Origin: a virus | IMG/VR virus record: IMGVR_UViG_3300047323_000675 | Reading direction: 5' to 3' (one strand) | Length of the DNA stretch: 64,000 nt | In this document: one piece after another, positions 42,691 to 54,507 of the stretch | How the letters are laid out: each line of letters starts with the position of its first letter | Position numbering within the stretch: position 1 is the stretch's first letter | Made by a program: the position numbers and the translations under genes | Notes under the pieces: generated by a model | The model's input: only the letters and a program-made list of their open reading frames with translations | Database searches by the model: none | What the model was told of the DNA's origin: nothing

Positions 42691-43431
42691 TTATACTTTA
42701 ATTTTTTTGTTTGTTTTTTCATTGCCAATTAAATCGTTTTCTAGTTCTATTTTTAGTAACTTCTTTTCATGATAATTATTAATAGCTATGACTCTTTGAT
42801 TCTTATCTCTATAGTTAGTCCAATAAGGTTCTTTGGCAGAGCAATTGATGAAAATACTTTCTACTTCTTCTAAATTAAAGGGCTTCCAATTAGATAAATC
42901 TTTATCAAAATTACTTCCGTAAAACATAATTTCCATACGATTTACTTTTGAAACATCCCAATTGCAGATATCGCCATTAAAATTAGAGTTGTTAAACATT
43001 CCTCGCATATCTTTTACATTAGATACATCCCATTTTGAAAGATCACCAATAAAACTGGAATTATAAAACATTTGCCTCATATTGTTTACTTTGGAAGTAT
43101 TCCATTTAGATATATCACCGTTAAATTTAGAATATTGAAACATACAATTCATATTCTTAACATTAGCGGTATTCCATTTTGATATATCCCCATTAAACAT
43201 AGAACCATAGAATAAATGACTCATATTAATAACATTAGAGGTGTCCCATTGAGAAATATCTCCATTAAAACATGAAGATACAGCTAAATAATCTGAAAAT
43301 AATTCGCTTAAGTCTCTAATATTACTTATGTCTATATGATTTAGATCACACTCTTTTCCATTAATTCTAATTTCATCTTGGATTAAGTTTACTAAATGTC
43401 TTTTATTTTGTGCAATTATTTTAGATTTCAT
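42691..43431 (-). CDS. BspA/DUF285-type LRR protein (array gene 7)
   Basis: 25-aa FNGDISxWxxSxVxxMxxMF repeats; CDLNHID N-cap; KPF...PYW C-cap. Confidence 0.9.
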   Translation of the reverse strand: MKSKIIAQNKRHLVNLIQDEIRINGKECDLNHIDISNIRDLSELFSDYLAVSSCFNGDISQWDTSNVINMSHLFYGSMFNGDISKWNTANVKNMNCMFQYSKFNGDISKWNTSKVNNMRQMFYNSSFIGDLSKWDVSNVKDMRGMFNNSNFNGDICNWDVSKVNRMEIMFYGSNFDKDLSNWKPFNLEEVESIFINCSAKEPYWTNYRDKNQRVIAINNYHEKKLLKIELENDLIGNEKTNKKIKV

Positions 43432-44150
43432 ATTTTTAATTTTTTTATTTCACTTTTATTATTATTCAAATCATGAATTAATTCATTTTTTAAACAATAT
43501 TTTTCAATAGCTAATTTTCGTTCTTCCGCAGTTTCAAAAACACTCCAATAAGGAAAATATGTAGACTTGTCGTGATACATAGCAAAACTATTTTCTAAAT
43601 TAATCGGTTTCCAACTAGATAAATTTTTATTAAATGGAGCTTCATAAAACATATATTCCATTTCTGTTACATTGGAAACATCCCATTGACTAATATCTTT
43701 ATTAAAAAAAGAACGCATAAACATTCTATTCATATTTTGAACATTTGATGTATTCCATTTAGAAATATCACCATTAAATTCAGAATCCATAAACATTCTA
43801 TTCATATTTTGAACATTTGATGTATTCCATTTGGAAATATCACCTTTAAATTTAGAATGAGCAAAAACAGAATACATGTTTGTTACTTTAGAAGTATCCC
43901 AATTACTTATGTCGCCATTAAAAATAGATGAACAAAATAAATTTTCCATATTCGTAACTTGAGAAGTGTCCCAATCAGATATATTTCCGTTAAAGTATTT
44001 GAATAAAATTTTACTAAATAAACCACTTATATTAGTAACTTCTTTTATATCAATATGATTTAAATCACATTCAAACCCATTAATGGTTATTGATTCCTGA
44101 ATTAAACGAATTAAATCATCTCTATCTTGAGCTATTACTTTTGGTTTCAT
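43428..44150 (-). CDS. BspA/DUF285-type LRR protein (array gene 6)
   Basis: Same repeats; ATGA overlap. Confidence 0.9.
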   Translation of the reverse strand: MKPKVIAQDRDDLIRLIQESITINGFECDLNHIDIKEVTNISGLFSKILFKYFNGNISDWDTSQVTNMENLFCSSIFNGDISNWDTSKVTNMYSVFAHSKFKGDISKWNTSNVQNMNRMFMDSEFNGDISKWNTSNVQNMNRMFMRSFFNKDISQWDVSNVTEMEYMFYEAPFNKNLSSWKPINLENSFAMYHDKSTYFPYWSVFETAEERKLAIEKYCLKNELIHDLNNNKSEIKKLKI

Positions 44151-44788
44151 ATCTTTAATTTTTTCTTTTCAACTTCGTTATTGATTAAATCTTTCTGTAA
44201 CTCTTTTTCTAACCAATATGAATCAATAGCTTTTCTTCTTTCTTCTTTATCTACAATTTTCGCCCAGTAAACATCAAAATCTAGCGGAAATGAAGGATCT
44301 ATATATAAATTATATGGCTTCCATTTAGATAAATCAAAATTTATATTTTTCTTTTCAAACATATTGTCCATATCACTAACTTTAGATACATCCCAATTAG
44401 AAATATCGCCATTAAATTTTGAATTATAAAACATAAGATACATATCTCTTACATTAGAAACATCCCAATTACTTATATCACCATTAAACTGAGAATTTTG
44501 AAACATTCTTTTCATACTTACTACTTTTGAAGTATTCCATTTTGAAATATCACCATTAAATCTAGAGGAAGTAAACATTTGATACATACTTTCTACATTT
44601 GATACATCCCATTCTGAAATATTACCATTAAATTTTTCAGTCCCAAGGGTGGCAAACAAATTTTCCATATCTGTAATATTGCTTACATCTATATGATTTA
44701 AATCACAATTATTACCACTTTGGTAAATTTCTTCAGCAATCAAATTATGTAAGTCTCTTTGATTTTCAGCTATAACTTTAGGTTTCAT
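44147..44788 (-). CDS. BspA/DUF285-type LRR protein (array gene 5)
   Basis: Same repeats; ATGA overlap. Confidence 0.9.
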   Translation of the reverse strand: MKPKVIAENQRDLHNLIAEEIYQSGNNCDLNHIDVSNITDMENLFATLGTEKFNGNISEWDVSNVESMYQMFTSSRFNGDISKWNTSKVVSMKRMFQNSQFNGDISNWDVSNVRDMYLMFYNSKFNGDISNWDVSKVSDMDNMFEKKNINFDLSKWKPYNLYIDPSFPLDFDVYWAKIVDKEERRKAIDSYWLEKELQKDLINNEVEKKKLKI

Positions 44789-45705
44789 AATTTTAATTTT
44801 TTAATACTATTATTTTGTTTAATATTTAATTCTTTATCTAACCAATAATTATTAATAGAAATAACTATTTCTTTATTTGTTTTATAATTAGCCCAATACG
44901 GAACATTTGACACATTGTTTTCAAAAGCTCTATCACTTCTTTTCAAACTATAAGGCTTCCAATTATTTAAATTTCCATTAAACTGTGCATCTGAAAAAAT
45001 ATTATCCATATATTCAACATTAGAAACATCCCAATTTGATATATCTTTGTTAAATTGAGATTCCTGAAACATATAGCTCATGTCTGTCACATTAGATACA
45101 TCCCACTTTGATATATCTCCGTTAAAAACAGAGCCGTAAAAAATAGCATTCATACTCTTAACATTAGAAACATTCCAATTACTAATGTCACCTGTGAATT
45201 GAGAACCTGAAAACATAATACTCATACTTTCAACATTAGAAACATCCCATTTACTAATGTCACCATTAAATTTTGATTTACCAAACATTATTCCCATTCT
45301 TTTAACACGAGAGACATCCCAATTAGAAATGTCTCCATTAAATTCAGAATTACTAAACATACTACTCATATCATCAACTTTAGAAACATTCCATTTTGAT
45401 AAATCACCATTAAATTTACTAGCACGGAACATATCTGACATAATTTTTACATTTGAAACATCCCAATTACTAATATCACCATTAAATTCAGAGCCAAGAA
45501 ATAAGTTTTTCATAGTATTTACATTTTTTGTATTCCACTTTGAAATATCACCATTAAAATTTGATTGATAAAATAAATCGCTTAAATCTGTAATATTAGA
45601 AATATCAATATGATTTAAATCGCATTCAAGACCATTTAAACTAATTTCATTTTGAATTAAGTCTATTAAACTTCTTTTATCTTTAGCTACTATAGTTGGT
45701 TTCAT
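44785..45705 (-). CDS. BspA/DUF285-type LRR protein (array gene 4)
   Basis: Same repeats; ATGA overlap. Confidence 0.9.
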   Translation of the reverse strand: MKPTIVAKDKRSLIDLIQNEISLNGLECDLNHIDISNITDLSDLFYQSNFNGDISKWNTKNVNTMKNLFLGSEFNGDISNWDVSNVKIMSDMFRASKFNGDLSKWNVSKVDDMSSMFSNSEFNGDISNWDVSRVKRMGIMFGKSKFNGDISKWDVSNVESMSIMFSGSQFTGDISNWNVSNVKSMNAIFYGSVFNGDISKWDVSNVTDMSYMFQESQFNKDISNWDVSNVEYMDNIFSDAQFNGNLNNWKPYSLKRSDRAFENNVSNVPYWANYKTNKEIVISINNYWLDKELNIKQNNSIKKLKL

Positions 45706-46415
45706 ATCTTTAATTTTTTCTGTTTGATTTCACTATCATTTAAATCTTCATCCAATTCTTTTTTCATCCAATAAGCATTAATAGCTTTACTTCGTTCATC
45801 TTTATCTTCTATTTCAGCCCAATAGGGAATAGGTGCGGAGCATTCAAAAAAAGCAAAATCTAAATACTGTAAATCATACGGTTCCCAGTTAGATAAATCA
45901 CCATTAAATTTAGAATTTGAGAAAGCAGACTTCATATTAATAACATTAGACACATCCCAATTACTAATATCGCCATTAAAGTCACTTTCTTCAAACATTT
46001 CATATATATGCTTAACACTAGATGTATTCCATTTAGATAAGTCCCCGTTAAATGTTGTATCTGCAAACATTCTATTCATTGCAATAACATTTTCTACATT
46101 CCAATTACTAATATCACGATTAAATGGTGAACCTTTAAACATATTTCTCATATCAACTACTTTTGATACATTCCATTTAGAGATATCACCATTAAAATCA
46201 GAAAATTCAAACATGTAACCCATATGGTCAACATTACTAACATTCCATTCAGAAATATCTCCATTAAATTCTGAACAAGTAAATAAATAGCTCATATTTG
46301 TAATATTACTTACATCAATATGATTCAAAGAACACTCATTACCATTTAATTCAATCTCTTTTTGGATTAACTCTTTTAGATGCTCTTTATTTTTAGCAGT
46401 AATAGTCGTTTTCAT
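45702..46415 (-). CDS. BspA/DUF285-type LRR protein (array gene 3)
   Basis: Same repeats; ATGA overlap. Confidence 0.9.
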   Translation of the reverse strand: MKTTITAKNKEHLKELIQKEIELNGNECSLNHIDVSNITNMSYLFTCSEFNGDISEWNVSNVDHMGYMFEFSDFNGDISKWNVSKVVDMRNMFKGSPFNRDISNWNVENVIAMNRMFADTTFNGDLSKWNTSSVKHIYEMFEESDFNGDISNWDVSNVINMKSAFSNSKFNGDLSNWEPYDLQYLDFAFFECSAPIPYWAEIEDKDERSKAINAYWMKKELDEDLNDSEIKQKKLKI

Positions 46416-47125
46416 ATTTTAGGCTTTTTATTTTTAATATCATTATTAATTAATTCACTATCCAACTGTTTTTGTAATGAATAAGCATCAATAGCTTTTT
46501 TTCTTTTATCTTTATTCTTAATTTTAGCCCAATATGGGATTGGAGATTCACACATATCAAAAATACCATTTATATTTCCTAAATTATATGGTCGCCATTC
46601 TGATACATCTTTTGTGAATAATGACTTATAAAAGATCATTTTCATATCTTCAACTTTAGATACATCCCAATTAGATATATCGCCATTAAATTTAGCTCTA
46701 CAAAACATACTATATAAACTTGTTACTTCTGATACATTCCATTTAGAAATGTCACCATTAAAATTAGAATCACTAAACATACTAGACATTTTTTGTACAT
46801 TACTAACATCCCAATTGCTTATCTCTTTATTAAACTGTGAACAAGCAAACATGTTATCCATCTTTTTTACATTGGACACATTCCATTTACTGATATCTCC
46901 ATCAAATTTTGAATTTGCAAACATCCCATTCATATCCATTACTTTTGATACATCCCATTGAGATATGTCTCCATTGAATTCAGAGCCAAAAAATAATCCT
47001 TTCATATCTATAATATTAGAAACATCAATATGATTTAAATTACATTTATTTCCATTTAATGATATTCCCTGTTCAATCAGTTCTGTTAAATGTTCTTTAT
47101 TTTGAGCGATTATGGTTGGTTTCAT
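46412..47125 (-). CDS. BspA/DUF285-type LRR protein (array gene 2)
   Basis: Same repeats. Confidence 0.9.
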   Translation of the reverse strand: MKPTIIAQNKEHLTELIEQGISLNGNKCNLNHIDVSNIIDMKGLFFGSEFNGDISQWDVSKVMDMNGMFANSKFDGDISKWNVSNVKKMDNMFACSQFNKEISNWDVSNVQKMSSMFSDSNFNGDISKWNVSEVTSLYSMFCRAKFNGDISNWDVSKVEDMKMIFYKSLFTKDVSEWRPYNLGNINGIFDMCESPIPYWAKIKNKDKRKKAIDAYSLQKQLDSELINNDIKNKKPKI

Positions 47126-47145
47126 ATTTTTAATTTATATTTTCT

Positions 47146-48294
47146 TCACATTTTTAATTTTTTTGGTTTAATTACATCATTATTATTTAATTCTTTGTGC
47201 AATTCCTTTTGTAATAAATAAGCTCCGATAGCTCTTTTTCTAGCTCCAACATCGTTAAATTTAGACCAATAAGGAATTGGTGCTTCAGATAGTTCAAATA
47301 TGTTAGTTATATCTATTGCACGATATGGTTTCCAATTAGTTAAATTTTTATTAAATTTTGATTTCTCAAACATACAACTCATATTGTTAACATTTGATAT
47401 TTTCCATTTCGATAAATCTCCGTTAAACTCAGAATGAGAAAACATCTTTTTCATATTTCTAACTTTTGATACATTCCAATTTGAAATATCACCATTAAAT
47501 TTTGACTGCTCAAACATATGGCTCATATCTGTCACCTTTGATACATTCCAATTACTAATATCTCCATTAAATTCTGAACAATTAAATGTACATGCCATAC
47601 TTATAACATTAGACACATCCCAGTTACTTATATCACCATTAAATTCTGTTTTTTCAAACATGCTTGCTATATTTACAACATTAGACACATTCCATTTACT
47701 TAAATCTTTATTAAATTTAGATTCTTTAAACATTTCATACATAGAAATGACATGAGAAGTATCCCATTTAGAAATATCACCATTAAATTCTGATTTACTA
47801 AACATACCAATTAAATGTGTTGCTTTAGAAAGAACCCAATTGGAAATATCGCCATTAAATTTAGAATTAGAGAACATTTCATTTACAGTAAAAGCATTGG
47901 CAAGATTCCATTTAGATATATCTCCATTAAATATAGAATTTGAAAAAATTCTATCTAGATTAATTACATTAGAAACATTCCATTTTGATATATCACCATT
48001 AAATTGAGAATTCATAAACATTTCAATCATACCTTTTACATTAGACACATCCCATTCTGATATGTCACCGTTAAATTGAGAATTACAGAACATTCCACTC
48101 ATATCCTCTACATTGGAAACATTCCATTTACTAATATCACCATTGAATTGTGTTCCTCTAAATAGATGCCTCATTTGAGTAATATTGGATACATCAATAT
48201 GATTCAAAGAACATTCATTACCATTTATTGCAATTTCATTTTCAATTAAATTATGTAAATGCTTATTATCTTTAGCTATAATTATATTTTTCAT
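47146..48294 (-). CDS. BspA/DUF285-type LRR protein (array gene 1, longest)
   Basis: About 11 repeats; tail KPKKLKM. Confidence 0.9.
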   Translation of the reverse strand: MKNIIIAKDNKHLHNLIENEIAINGNECSLNHIDVSNITQMRHLFRGTQFNGDISKWNVSNVEDMSGMFCNSQFNGDISEWDVSNVKGMIEMFMNSQFNGDISKWNVSNVINLDRIFSNSIFNGDISKWNLANAFTVNEMFSNSKFNGDISNWVLSKATHLIGMFSKSEFNGDISKWDTSHVISMYEMFKESKFNKDLSKWNVSNVVNIASMFEKTEFNGDISNWDVSNVISMACTFNCSEFNGDISNWNVSKVTDMSHMFEQSKFNGDISNWNVSKVRNMKKMFSHSEFNGDLSKWKISNVNNMSCMFEKSKFNKNLTNWKPYRAIDITNIFELSEAPIPYWSKFNDVGARKRAIGAYLLQKELHKELNNNDVIKPKKLKM

Positions 48295-48421
48295 ATTTTT
48301 AATTTTTTCTTATTATTACTATTATTTTAGTTTTCATCTTCTTATTAAATTATAAAATATTAAATTGAGTTTACAAAATAATTATGATAAAGTAATCACA
48401 ATATAATAAAGAAAGGAACAA

Positions 48422-48625
48422 ATGACTAAATTTTATATGGATATAAGCCACAACTATGCATCATTTAAATTAAACGATAAAACCATATTTATAGATAGTT
48501 TTGATAACTTAAATTTTGAAGTAAGAGTAGGAACGATAGAAAAGCCAGAATATCTAGTTAATATTGAAGCTAAGTCTACTGAAGAACTAAATAAAAAGTT
48601 ATCTGAATTAGCTGAACAAATTTGA
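48422..48625 (+). CDS. Small hypothetical protein
   Basis: AAGGA RBS; terminator ~48637-48660. Confidence 0.7.
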   Translation: MTKFYMDISHNYASFKLNDKTIFIDSFDNLNFEVRVGTIEKPEYLVNIEAKSTEELNKKLSELAEQI

Positions 48626-48708
48626 GATAGAAAAATAAAAGCCCATGAAGGGCTTTTTTTGTTTAATTGTTTATAATTTTACCTTTTCTGCTTTTTTCAT
48701 ACTAAGTA

Positions 48709-49083
48709 TTATTTTTTAAAAGATTCACGAACCTTTTGGTCAGCTTTAACTAAATCATCTAAAAATTTATCACATCGTTCTTTTTTAGCCTCACAAAGAA
48801 GATCCCTTTTAATTGAAACTAGTCCATCATTTCCAATATTTTCTGAAACTGTCATTTTTACTACTGAGGGATATATTGGAGATTCTTTAGGAACAAAAGC
48901 CCATATTATATGATTAGTATCATCCGTAGCCATAATTTGACCATTAATATTTCTCATTTCAATTCTCTTATTAGCTTTAAGTACAGAAAAAGCTTCCGAA
49001 ACAGATTTATATTCAATTTTAGGTTGAGCATGAACAGATGAATATAAACATAATAATAAAGCTAATAATTTAATTTTTTTCAT
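48709..49083 (-). CDS. Secreted hypothetical protein
   Basis: Signal peptide MKKIKLLALLLCLYSSVHA; C-terminal CEAKKERC motif. Confidence 0.75.
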   Translation of the reverse strand: MKKIKLLALLLCLYSSVHAQPKIEYKSVSEAFSVLKANKRIEMRNINGQIMATDDTNHIIWAFVPKESPIYPSVVKMTVSENIGNDGLVSIKRDLLCEAKKERCDKFLDDLVKADQKVRESFKK

Positions 49084-49132
49084 AATTTATCTTTAGAAAA
49101 TTAAATAATAATTAACAAAATAATATAAATAA

Positions 49133-49921
49133 TCAAATCTTTACATTTTTTCTACTCATCTCACTTATAGCAAGATCTTTATTCAATTCTTTATATAAAT
49201 TGAAAGAGTCAATCGCTTGTATTCTTTTCTCTTGTTCTTCAATCTCTGCCCAATAAGGAATATTTTTATAATTATTATCAAATATATTTTCAATAGAATT
49301 TAATGCATATGGTTTCCAATCAGATAAATCAGTATTAATTTTTGATTCAAAAAACATATATCTCATAATTTTTACTTTGGATACATTCCATTTAGAAATA
49401 TCACAATTCATTTGTGATTTACTGAACATTCCATCCATATTTTGGACATTAGAGACATCCCATTGACTTAAATTTGTAGAAAAATTAGTGCAAAAAAACA
49501 TACTACTCATATTTATTACATTAGATGTATTCCATTTAGAAAGGTCTTGGTTAAACTCACTATTCCAAAAAAACATACAATTCATACATTCAACATTTGA
49601 AACATTCCATTGAGAAATATTTCCATTAAATTTAGAACTCCAAAACATTTGACTCATTGTTTTAACTTTAGAAACATCCCAATTACTGATATCTCCATTA
49701 AATTTAGAATTGATGAACATTTCATTCATATTCTCAACATTTGAAACATCCCATTTAGAAATGTCACCATTAAATTTTGTGTTTGCAAATAACTCACTCA
49801 TATCTGTAATATTAGAAACATCGATATGATTTAAATCACAATTACCACCAAATTTTCTTCGTGCTTTTTTAATCAATTGTTTTAAGTGTTCTTTATCTTT
49901 AGCGATAATGGTAATGTTCAT
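49133..49921 (-). CDS. BspA/DUF285-type LRR protein (dispersed copy)
   Basis: Same repeats and caps. Confidence 0.9.
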   Translation of the reverse strand: MNITIIAKDKEHLKQLIKKARRKFGGNCDLNHIDVSNITDMSELFANTKFNGDISKWDVSNVENMNEMFINSKFNGDISNWDVSKVKTMSQMFWSSKFNGNISQWNVSNVECMNCMFFWNSEFNQDLSKWNTSNVINMSSMFFCTNFSTNLSQWDVSNVQNMDGMFSKSQMNCDISKWNVSKVKIMRYMFFESKINTDLSDWKPYALNSIENIFDNNYKNIPYWAEIEEQEKRIQAIDSFNLYKELNKDLAISEMSRKNVKI

Positions 49922-50037
49922 ATATTATGATTAGCAAATTTTATGAAATTATAACAAATTTACTTTAAATAAGAAACTAAAAAATTTGACAATATTTTTC
50001 TTAATATATATGATTTAATAAAACTACAGGACTTAAA

Positions 50038-50331
50038 ATGAATAAGCAAGAACAATTAGCATGGGCTAAAAAAGAATTGAAAGCAATAATGGATGATTCT
50101 AATAAAACCCGTTATAAAGCACTTGTATCTACACCTAATGATTTATTGTCCCTTGAAGAAGCTTTTCTTTTTATAGCCAATTCAAAAGCACAAGCATATA
50201 AATCATCTATGCTAGGCAACTATCAACAATCTTTTAATTGGGTTAATGAAAATTCCGATATGGCCAAAAGTATTCTTCTACTACAGCAAAATATAATTGC
50301 TATTAATGATGTTGCCATGCTTCCTGATTAA
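50038..50331 (+). CDS. Hypothetical protein
   Basis: TTGACA promoter, AGGA RBS, terminator ~50341-50367. Confidence 0.75.
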   Translation: MNKQEQLAWAKKELKAIMDDSNKTRYKALVSTPNDLLSLEEAFLFIANSKAQAYKSSMLGNYQQSFNWVNENSDMAKSILLLQQNIIAINDVAMLPD

Positions 50332-50368
50332 TATATAAAAGAAAAGCCCCTAGATGGGGCTTTTTTCA

Positions 50369-50503
50369 TCAAATCTTACGCTGAACATCTTTTGCTAATT
50401 CTTGCACTTTTTCACCACCCTTTTGAACATCCTGACCAATACCACTAATAGTATTGCAACCAGTTAATCCTACTAACAATAATATCGCAAATATTTTTTT
50501 CAT
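50369..50503 (-). CDS. Entericidin EcnA/B-family lipoprotein
   Basis: Manual translation MKKIFAILLLVGLTGCNTISGIGQDVQKGGEKVQELAKDVQRKI; lipobox LTGC then NT..G.G.D; AAGGAG RBS. Confidence 0.85.
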   Translation of the reverse strand: MKKIFAILLLVGLTGCNTISGIGQDVQKGGEKVQELAKDVQRKI

Positions 50504-50615
50504 CAAAGACTCCTTAGTTATAATGAAAATATAAAATATTTTTATAGAAATGCAATTATTGTAATCATATTCTTTTTTGGTAAAATATTATAAATAATAT
50601 ATTTAGAGGAAAAAA

Positions 50616-51305
50616 ATGGCAAAGAAAATAAAGCATCCATATATTTTAGATACAACTTATCAAGTCTATGAAAATGGTCAGTTTGATGAATTAGAAAATG
50701 TTATAGTTAAAATTTATGAATACACAGATAAAGCTGAGGAAGAACAATTAGATCTTGACGAAAGAAAAGATTACTTGGAAATTAGAATGAAAAGAATTAT
50801 CCCAAGCAGAGAAATAAACGATGTATTAGACATTGCAGATAGTGACAGTGCTGAACTTTTACATGCAATAGCTCCAATTTTAAAAGAAGGTCATGAAGAA
50901 TTCATTGCTAGTGCTTTAAAAATTGATGACTATATATTATTAGATAAATATATTTATATTGATACTATTGAAAAACATGGTGATTTCTTAGAACAATCTA
51001 TTCCTGCTGCAATCTCTAGAGCGTTAACTGTAATAACAAAAGGTTTAGAACCTGAAGATTGGGTTGCAGTTATGTATGAGGCTCACACAATATCTGAACA
51101 AAATAATGAAGTTGATATGAAGAGGAATAAAGTTGGTTCTATACTTAAAAACTTAGGATTCCTTGCTTTACCTGAGGTAGTATCTAATGTAGAAAAAGAG
51201 CATAATGTTCTTAATATTGTAGGTGGAAATACCTTAAATAAAAATTTAGAGTATTCTCCTGAATTGCTAGAAGAAAAGAAAAAAGATAAAAAAATTAAGC
51301 CTTAA
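50616..51305 (+). CDS. Hypothetical acidic protein
   Basis: GAGG RBS; terminator ~51307-51330. Confidence 0.75.
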   Translation: MAKKIKHPYILDTTYQVYENGQFDELENVIVKIYEYTDKAEEEQLDLDERKDYLEIRMKRIIPSREINDVLDIADSDSAELLHAIAPILKEGHEEFIASALKIDDYILLDKYIYIDTIEKHGDFLEQSIPAAISRALTVITKGLEPEDWVAVMYEAHTISEQNNEVDMKRNKVGSILKNLGFLALPEVVSNVEKEHNVLNIVGGNTLNKNLEYSPELLEEKKKDKKIKP

Positions 51306-51329
51306 ATAAAGCCCCTTAATGGGGCTTTA

Positions 51330-52121
51330 TTATATTTTTATTTTTTTAAGTTGAATATCATTTTTAATCAAATCATTATCCAACTCCTTATTTAACCAAT
51401 ATTTATCAATAGCTTTTTTTCTATCTTCGTTATCATCATAATTAGCCCAATAAGGAATTGGAGCAATAGACTCTTCAAATATTGTTAATGCAGCTTCAAA
51501 CATTAATAAATATGGTTTCCAATTAGACAAGTCTCCATTAAATTCTGATCTAGAAAATAATCCTGGAGCATTTTGTAAGCTAAAAACATTCCAATTACTT
51601 AAATTGCCATTAAATTTAGAATCAGAAAACATAGAATTCATATTTTTAACTTTTGACACATCCCATTGACTTATATCACCATTGAATTTTGAAGCCCAAA
51701 ACATGGCTATCATATCTTTTACACTAGATGTATTCCATTTAGAAATATCACCATTAAATTCAGAATGAGAAAACATATGTCCCATATGATGCACTTGTGA
51801 TACATCCCATTTAGATATCTCTCTATTAAATTCAGAGTTGTTAAACATTCCTATCATACTCTGAACATTAATCACATTCCATTGGCTTATATCACCATTG
51901 AATTTAGAACTATCAAACATGCAATTCATGTTAATAACATTAGAGACATCCCATTGGCTTATGTCACCATTAAATTTTGAATCATAAAATAACCTTTCCA
52001 TATCCTCTATCTTTGAAACATCAATATGATTCAACTCACATTGATTTCCATTAAGTGCAATCTCATTATTAATTAATTGTTCTAAATGTTCTTTATTTAT
52101 TGCGATAACTTTAGGTTTCAT
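51330..52121 (-). CDS. BspA/DUF285-type LRR protein (dispersed copy)
   Basis: Same repeats and caps. Confidence 0.9.
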   Translation of the reverse strand: MKPKVIAINKEHLEQLINNEIALNGNQCELNHIDVSKIEDMERLFYDSKFNGDISQWDVSNVINMNCMFDSSKFNGDISQWNVINVQSMIGMFNNSEFNREISKWDVSQVHHMGHMFSHSEFNGDISKWNTSSVKDMIAMFWASKFNGDISQWDVSKVKNMNSMFSDSKFNGNLSNWNVFSLQNAPGLFSRSEFNGDLSNWKPYLLMFEAALTIFEESIAPIPYWANYDDNEDRKKAIDKYWLNKELDNDLIKNDIQLKKIKI

Positions 52122-52705
52122 ATCTTCATTCTTTTACTATTATTTCCTTCATTACTTAAACTATCATAAAGTTCTTGTGCTTGAACAAATTTTTCATAAC
52201 GGTTTAATATTCCAGGAACAAATTGCTTAGATCTATCTTGCATAAGATAATAGTCTTTTTTAATCCTTTCAATATAAGGACGAATATCCATTTTATAATC
52301 AAAAACTAAATACTCAAGCATATGTTTTGGAGCTAGGTTGAAACAATACATACAATCTAAACGAGCATAATCTTTTGTTTTAGCATCAGTTAACAAGAAT
52401 TTAGCAGATTCTACTGCACCTTCCTGAACAGCACATCTTAATGCTTCATTACATTTTTGCGGTAAGTTAATCTCCTTTGGAAATTCGTCAATAAAATATT
52501 TAATAATATCTAAGTGACCATCACCAGCAGCCAATATAAAAGCCTGTTCTTTTTTATATTCTTGAATCCTACTAAAATATTCAAACTCAGTGTTCATCAA
52601 ATATTTTACAGCTTCTAAATCATTTCTTCTAGCAGCAAAAATAAGCTCATTTCCATTATCAATGCTTGGCATATGAAATAATTTCTTTTGTTCTTCAGTA
52701 ATCAT
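52118..52705 (-). CDS. Ankyrin-repeat protein
   Basis: [42 protein letters not shown]. Confidence 0.85.
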   Translation of the reverse strand: MITEEQKKLFHMPSIDNGNELIFAARRNDLEAVKYLMNTEFEYFSRIQEYKKEQAFILAAGDGHLDIIKYFIDEFPKEINLPQKCNEALRCAVQEGAVESAKFLLTDAKTKDYARLDCMYCFNLAPKHMLEYLVFDYKMDIRPYIERIKKDYYLMQDRSKQFVPGILNRYEKFVQAQELYDSLSNEGNNSKRMKI

Positions 52706-52778
52706 AGTAAATATAAGTTTTTAATTAATTCTAGCAGAAAATAGATGTAAAAAAAGCCCTTGGAAGGGCTTGTGGTTT

Positions 52779-53759
52779 TTAGAATTGTGATTGTTCTTGG
52801 ATATAGCTTTTAACTATTTCTTTATAAGGTTCTCTTGTTAATAAAGTTCCTCTAGAAAATGGCTTGTTTTGTATCTCTGACACTTCCTTAGCTAATATAA
52901 TAGCTAATTCATTTGAACTTTTAAACTTTATATAATTATTCCTATAAGATTCAATTATTTTTTTAACGATATCTAATCTTTCATGCATTTTCTCAGATTT
53001 ATATTCGTGAACAGAAGAATATTTTTTAGGAGATGGAGGAATATCATTATTCTCATGAATCCAATCATATCTTTTTCTTTGTTTTATAAACCAAATTGTG
53101 CTTTTATGAACATTAAATTCTTTTGAGAGTTCAGTTAATGTTTTATTTTCGGCATAAAAAATATATAAAGCTTGTTCTTTTGTTAGTTTTCTCTGAATAG
53201 TATTATTTTCTAAATGACCAAATTGGCCACTATTAGGCTTTCTTAAAATATTAATATTTTCTTTTAATCGCTTTTTACCAGCACATGATTTACTGCAAAA
53301 AGCCTCTTTACAAGTTCTTTTTAGTTTATTGTCTCTAGAAAATTCTTTAGTGCAGAAGCCACATACATAAGTATATTTAGGCTTGTAGTCATCATAAAGG
53401 CTCTGAAAATTTTTAGTGTTATATTTCTGTGAAACATAATCAAATGCATACTTTAAATCTTCTTTCCTCATTACTCTAACTTTATAGCCTAATGATTCAG
53501 CTAGAGCAGTTTTTTTGTTAACACTATCTTCTTTTTCATAGCCCTTAGGCTCAATAATTGTTATTCCATCAGCTAATAAAAAATCTGGACAATAAACTAA
53601 TTTATCTTTTTTAAGTTGACCAGGAAAACGAGTAAATTTAATACCATGATCTAAAGCATGGATTGCCCAACATAATTCATAGGTTGAACCACAATATAAA
53701 CCTTTGTAATGTCCTTGCTTACTTCTTCCTGACTTTACTCTATAACCTCCACCTGGCAT
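52779..53759 (-). CDS. Putative PD-(D/E)XK endonuclease with zinc-finger and HTH modules (homing-endonuclease-like)
   Basis: STYE..., YCPDFLL...IIEPKG nuclease core; CGFC...CSKSC zinc motif; TLTELSKEFNVHKSTI HTH. Confidence 0.7.
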   Translation of the reverse strand: MPGGGYRVKSGRSKQGHYKGLYCGSTYELCWAIHALDHGIKFTRFPGQLKKDKLVYCPDFLLADGITIIEPKGYEKEDSVNKKTALAESLGYKVRVMRKEDLKYAFDYVSQKYNTKNFQSLYDDYKPKYTYVCGFCTKEFSRDNKLKRTCKEAFCSKSCAGKKRLKENINILRKPNSGQFGHLENNTIQRKLTKEQALYIFYAENKTLTELSKEFNVHKSTIWFIKQRKRYDWIHENNDIPPSPKKYSSVHEYKSEKMHERLDIVKKIIESYRNNYIKFKSSNELAIILAKEVSEIQNKPFSRGTLLTREPYKEIVKSYIQEQSQF

Positions 53760-53902
53760 ATTATTAGACTTTTAAAATGTCTAATAATATTATAAAAATA
53801 GTTGATTAAAGTCAATATTTTAAGATTAAAATAAGTGGTAAAAATTTACAGTATTTTAAAATTATATATTATGAAAAAATAGGTTTTTAAAAGGAGATTT
53901 AA

Positions 53903-54067
53903 ATGAAATTTGAAATATATAAAGATAAAAATGGAGAATGGCGTTGGAGAATTAAAGCAGCTAATGGAAAAATAATAGCTGATTCATCAGAGGGATATAA
54001 AAATAAACAAGATGCAATAAATATGATAAATGCTATTGTTGCAATTAAAGAATATAATGAAATATAA
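53903..54067 (+). CDS. YegP/DUF1508-family small protein
   Basis: Manual translation MKFEIYKDKNGEWRWRIKAANGKIIADSSEGY... (54 aa); AAGGAG RBS. Confidence 0.85.
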   Translation: MKFEIYKDKNGEWRWRIKAANGKIIADSSEGYKNKQDAINMINAIVAIKEYNEI

Positions 54068-54079
54068 TTTTTAAGCTCG

Positions 54080-54110
54080 AAAAAGAAAAGCCTACATTTC
54101 TGTAGGCTTT
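54080..54110. terminator. Bidirectional intrinsic terminator closing the tRNA operon and the YegP-like gene
   Basis: AAAGCCTACA-tttc-TGTAGGCTTT with a U-tract on the minus strand. Confidence 0.8.
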
Positions 54111-54118
54111 GTCATCGT

Positions 54119-54346
54119 TTAAACCATTTGTTCTGCTTTAGCAGTATTAATATTGTCAACATGTTTTTTTATCCATCTCATGAAAAGAATTGCTTTGTCA
54201 TCTGCTCCGAAAGAAGCATCCCCTGTGTCTGATATTGGAACTGGAAACTCAAATCCGCACTCAGTTTTGTACCATAATTCACTTTGTTGATAGCGAATAA
54301 ATTGAACTCTTTTCCCGTTGTTGACCATCTCTTTTATGCTGCTCAT
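54119..54346 (-). CDS. Small hypothetical protein, last cistron of the tRNA operon
   Basis: AAGGAG RBS; LWYKTECGFEFPVPISD...KAILFMRWIKKH; same strand, directly downstream of the array. Confidence 0.8.
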   Translation of the reverse strand: MSSIKEMVNNGKRVQFIRYQQSELWYKTECGFEFPVPISDTGDASFGADDKAILFMRWIKKHVDNINTAKAEQMV

Positions 54347-54420
54347 TATATTTCTCCTTTTATTTATAATAATGATTAATTGGTGGTAAATTAATTATAA
54401 GAAGCCACCACTTCTTATTC

Positions 54421-54495
54421 TGGCATCGCGTACGAGAATCGAACTCGTATCATTTGGTTGAAGGCCAAATATTCTCACCATTAAACTAACGCGAT
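54421..54495 (-). tRNA. tRNA-Glu(TTC), atypical C33
   Basis: Cloverleaf ATCGCGT/ACGCGAT, anticodon arm TTTGG-CCTTCAA-CCAAA, T-loop TTCGATT, encoded CCA. Confidence 0.85.
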
Positions 54496-54507
54496 ATTAA
54501 ATCTATT

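Noticed and set aside
17167-52121. Diversity-generating retroelement acting on the repeat arrays
   Set aside because: No reverse transcriptase and no template/variable repeat pair differing only at adenines was seen in this window
53834-53853. Third lux box (shares the TACTGTAA half-site) upstream of the YegP-like gene
   Set aside because: The other half-site is broken (TGG instead of CTG) and the spacing to the -10 differs from the luxI box; too weak in AT-rich DNA
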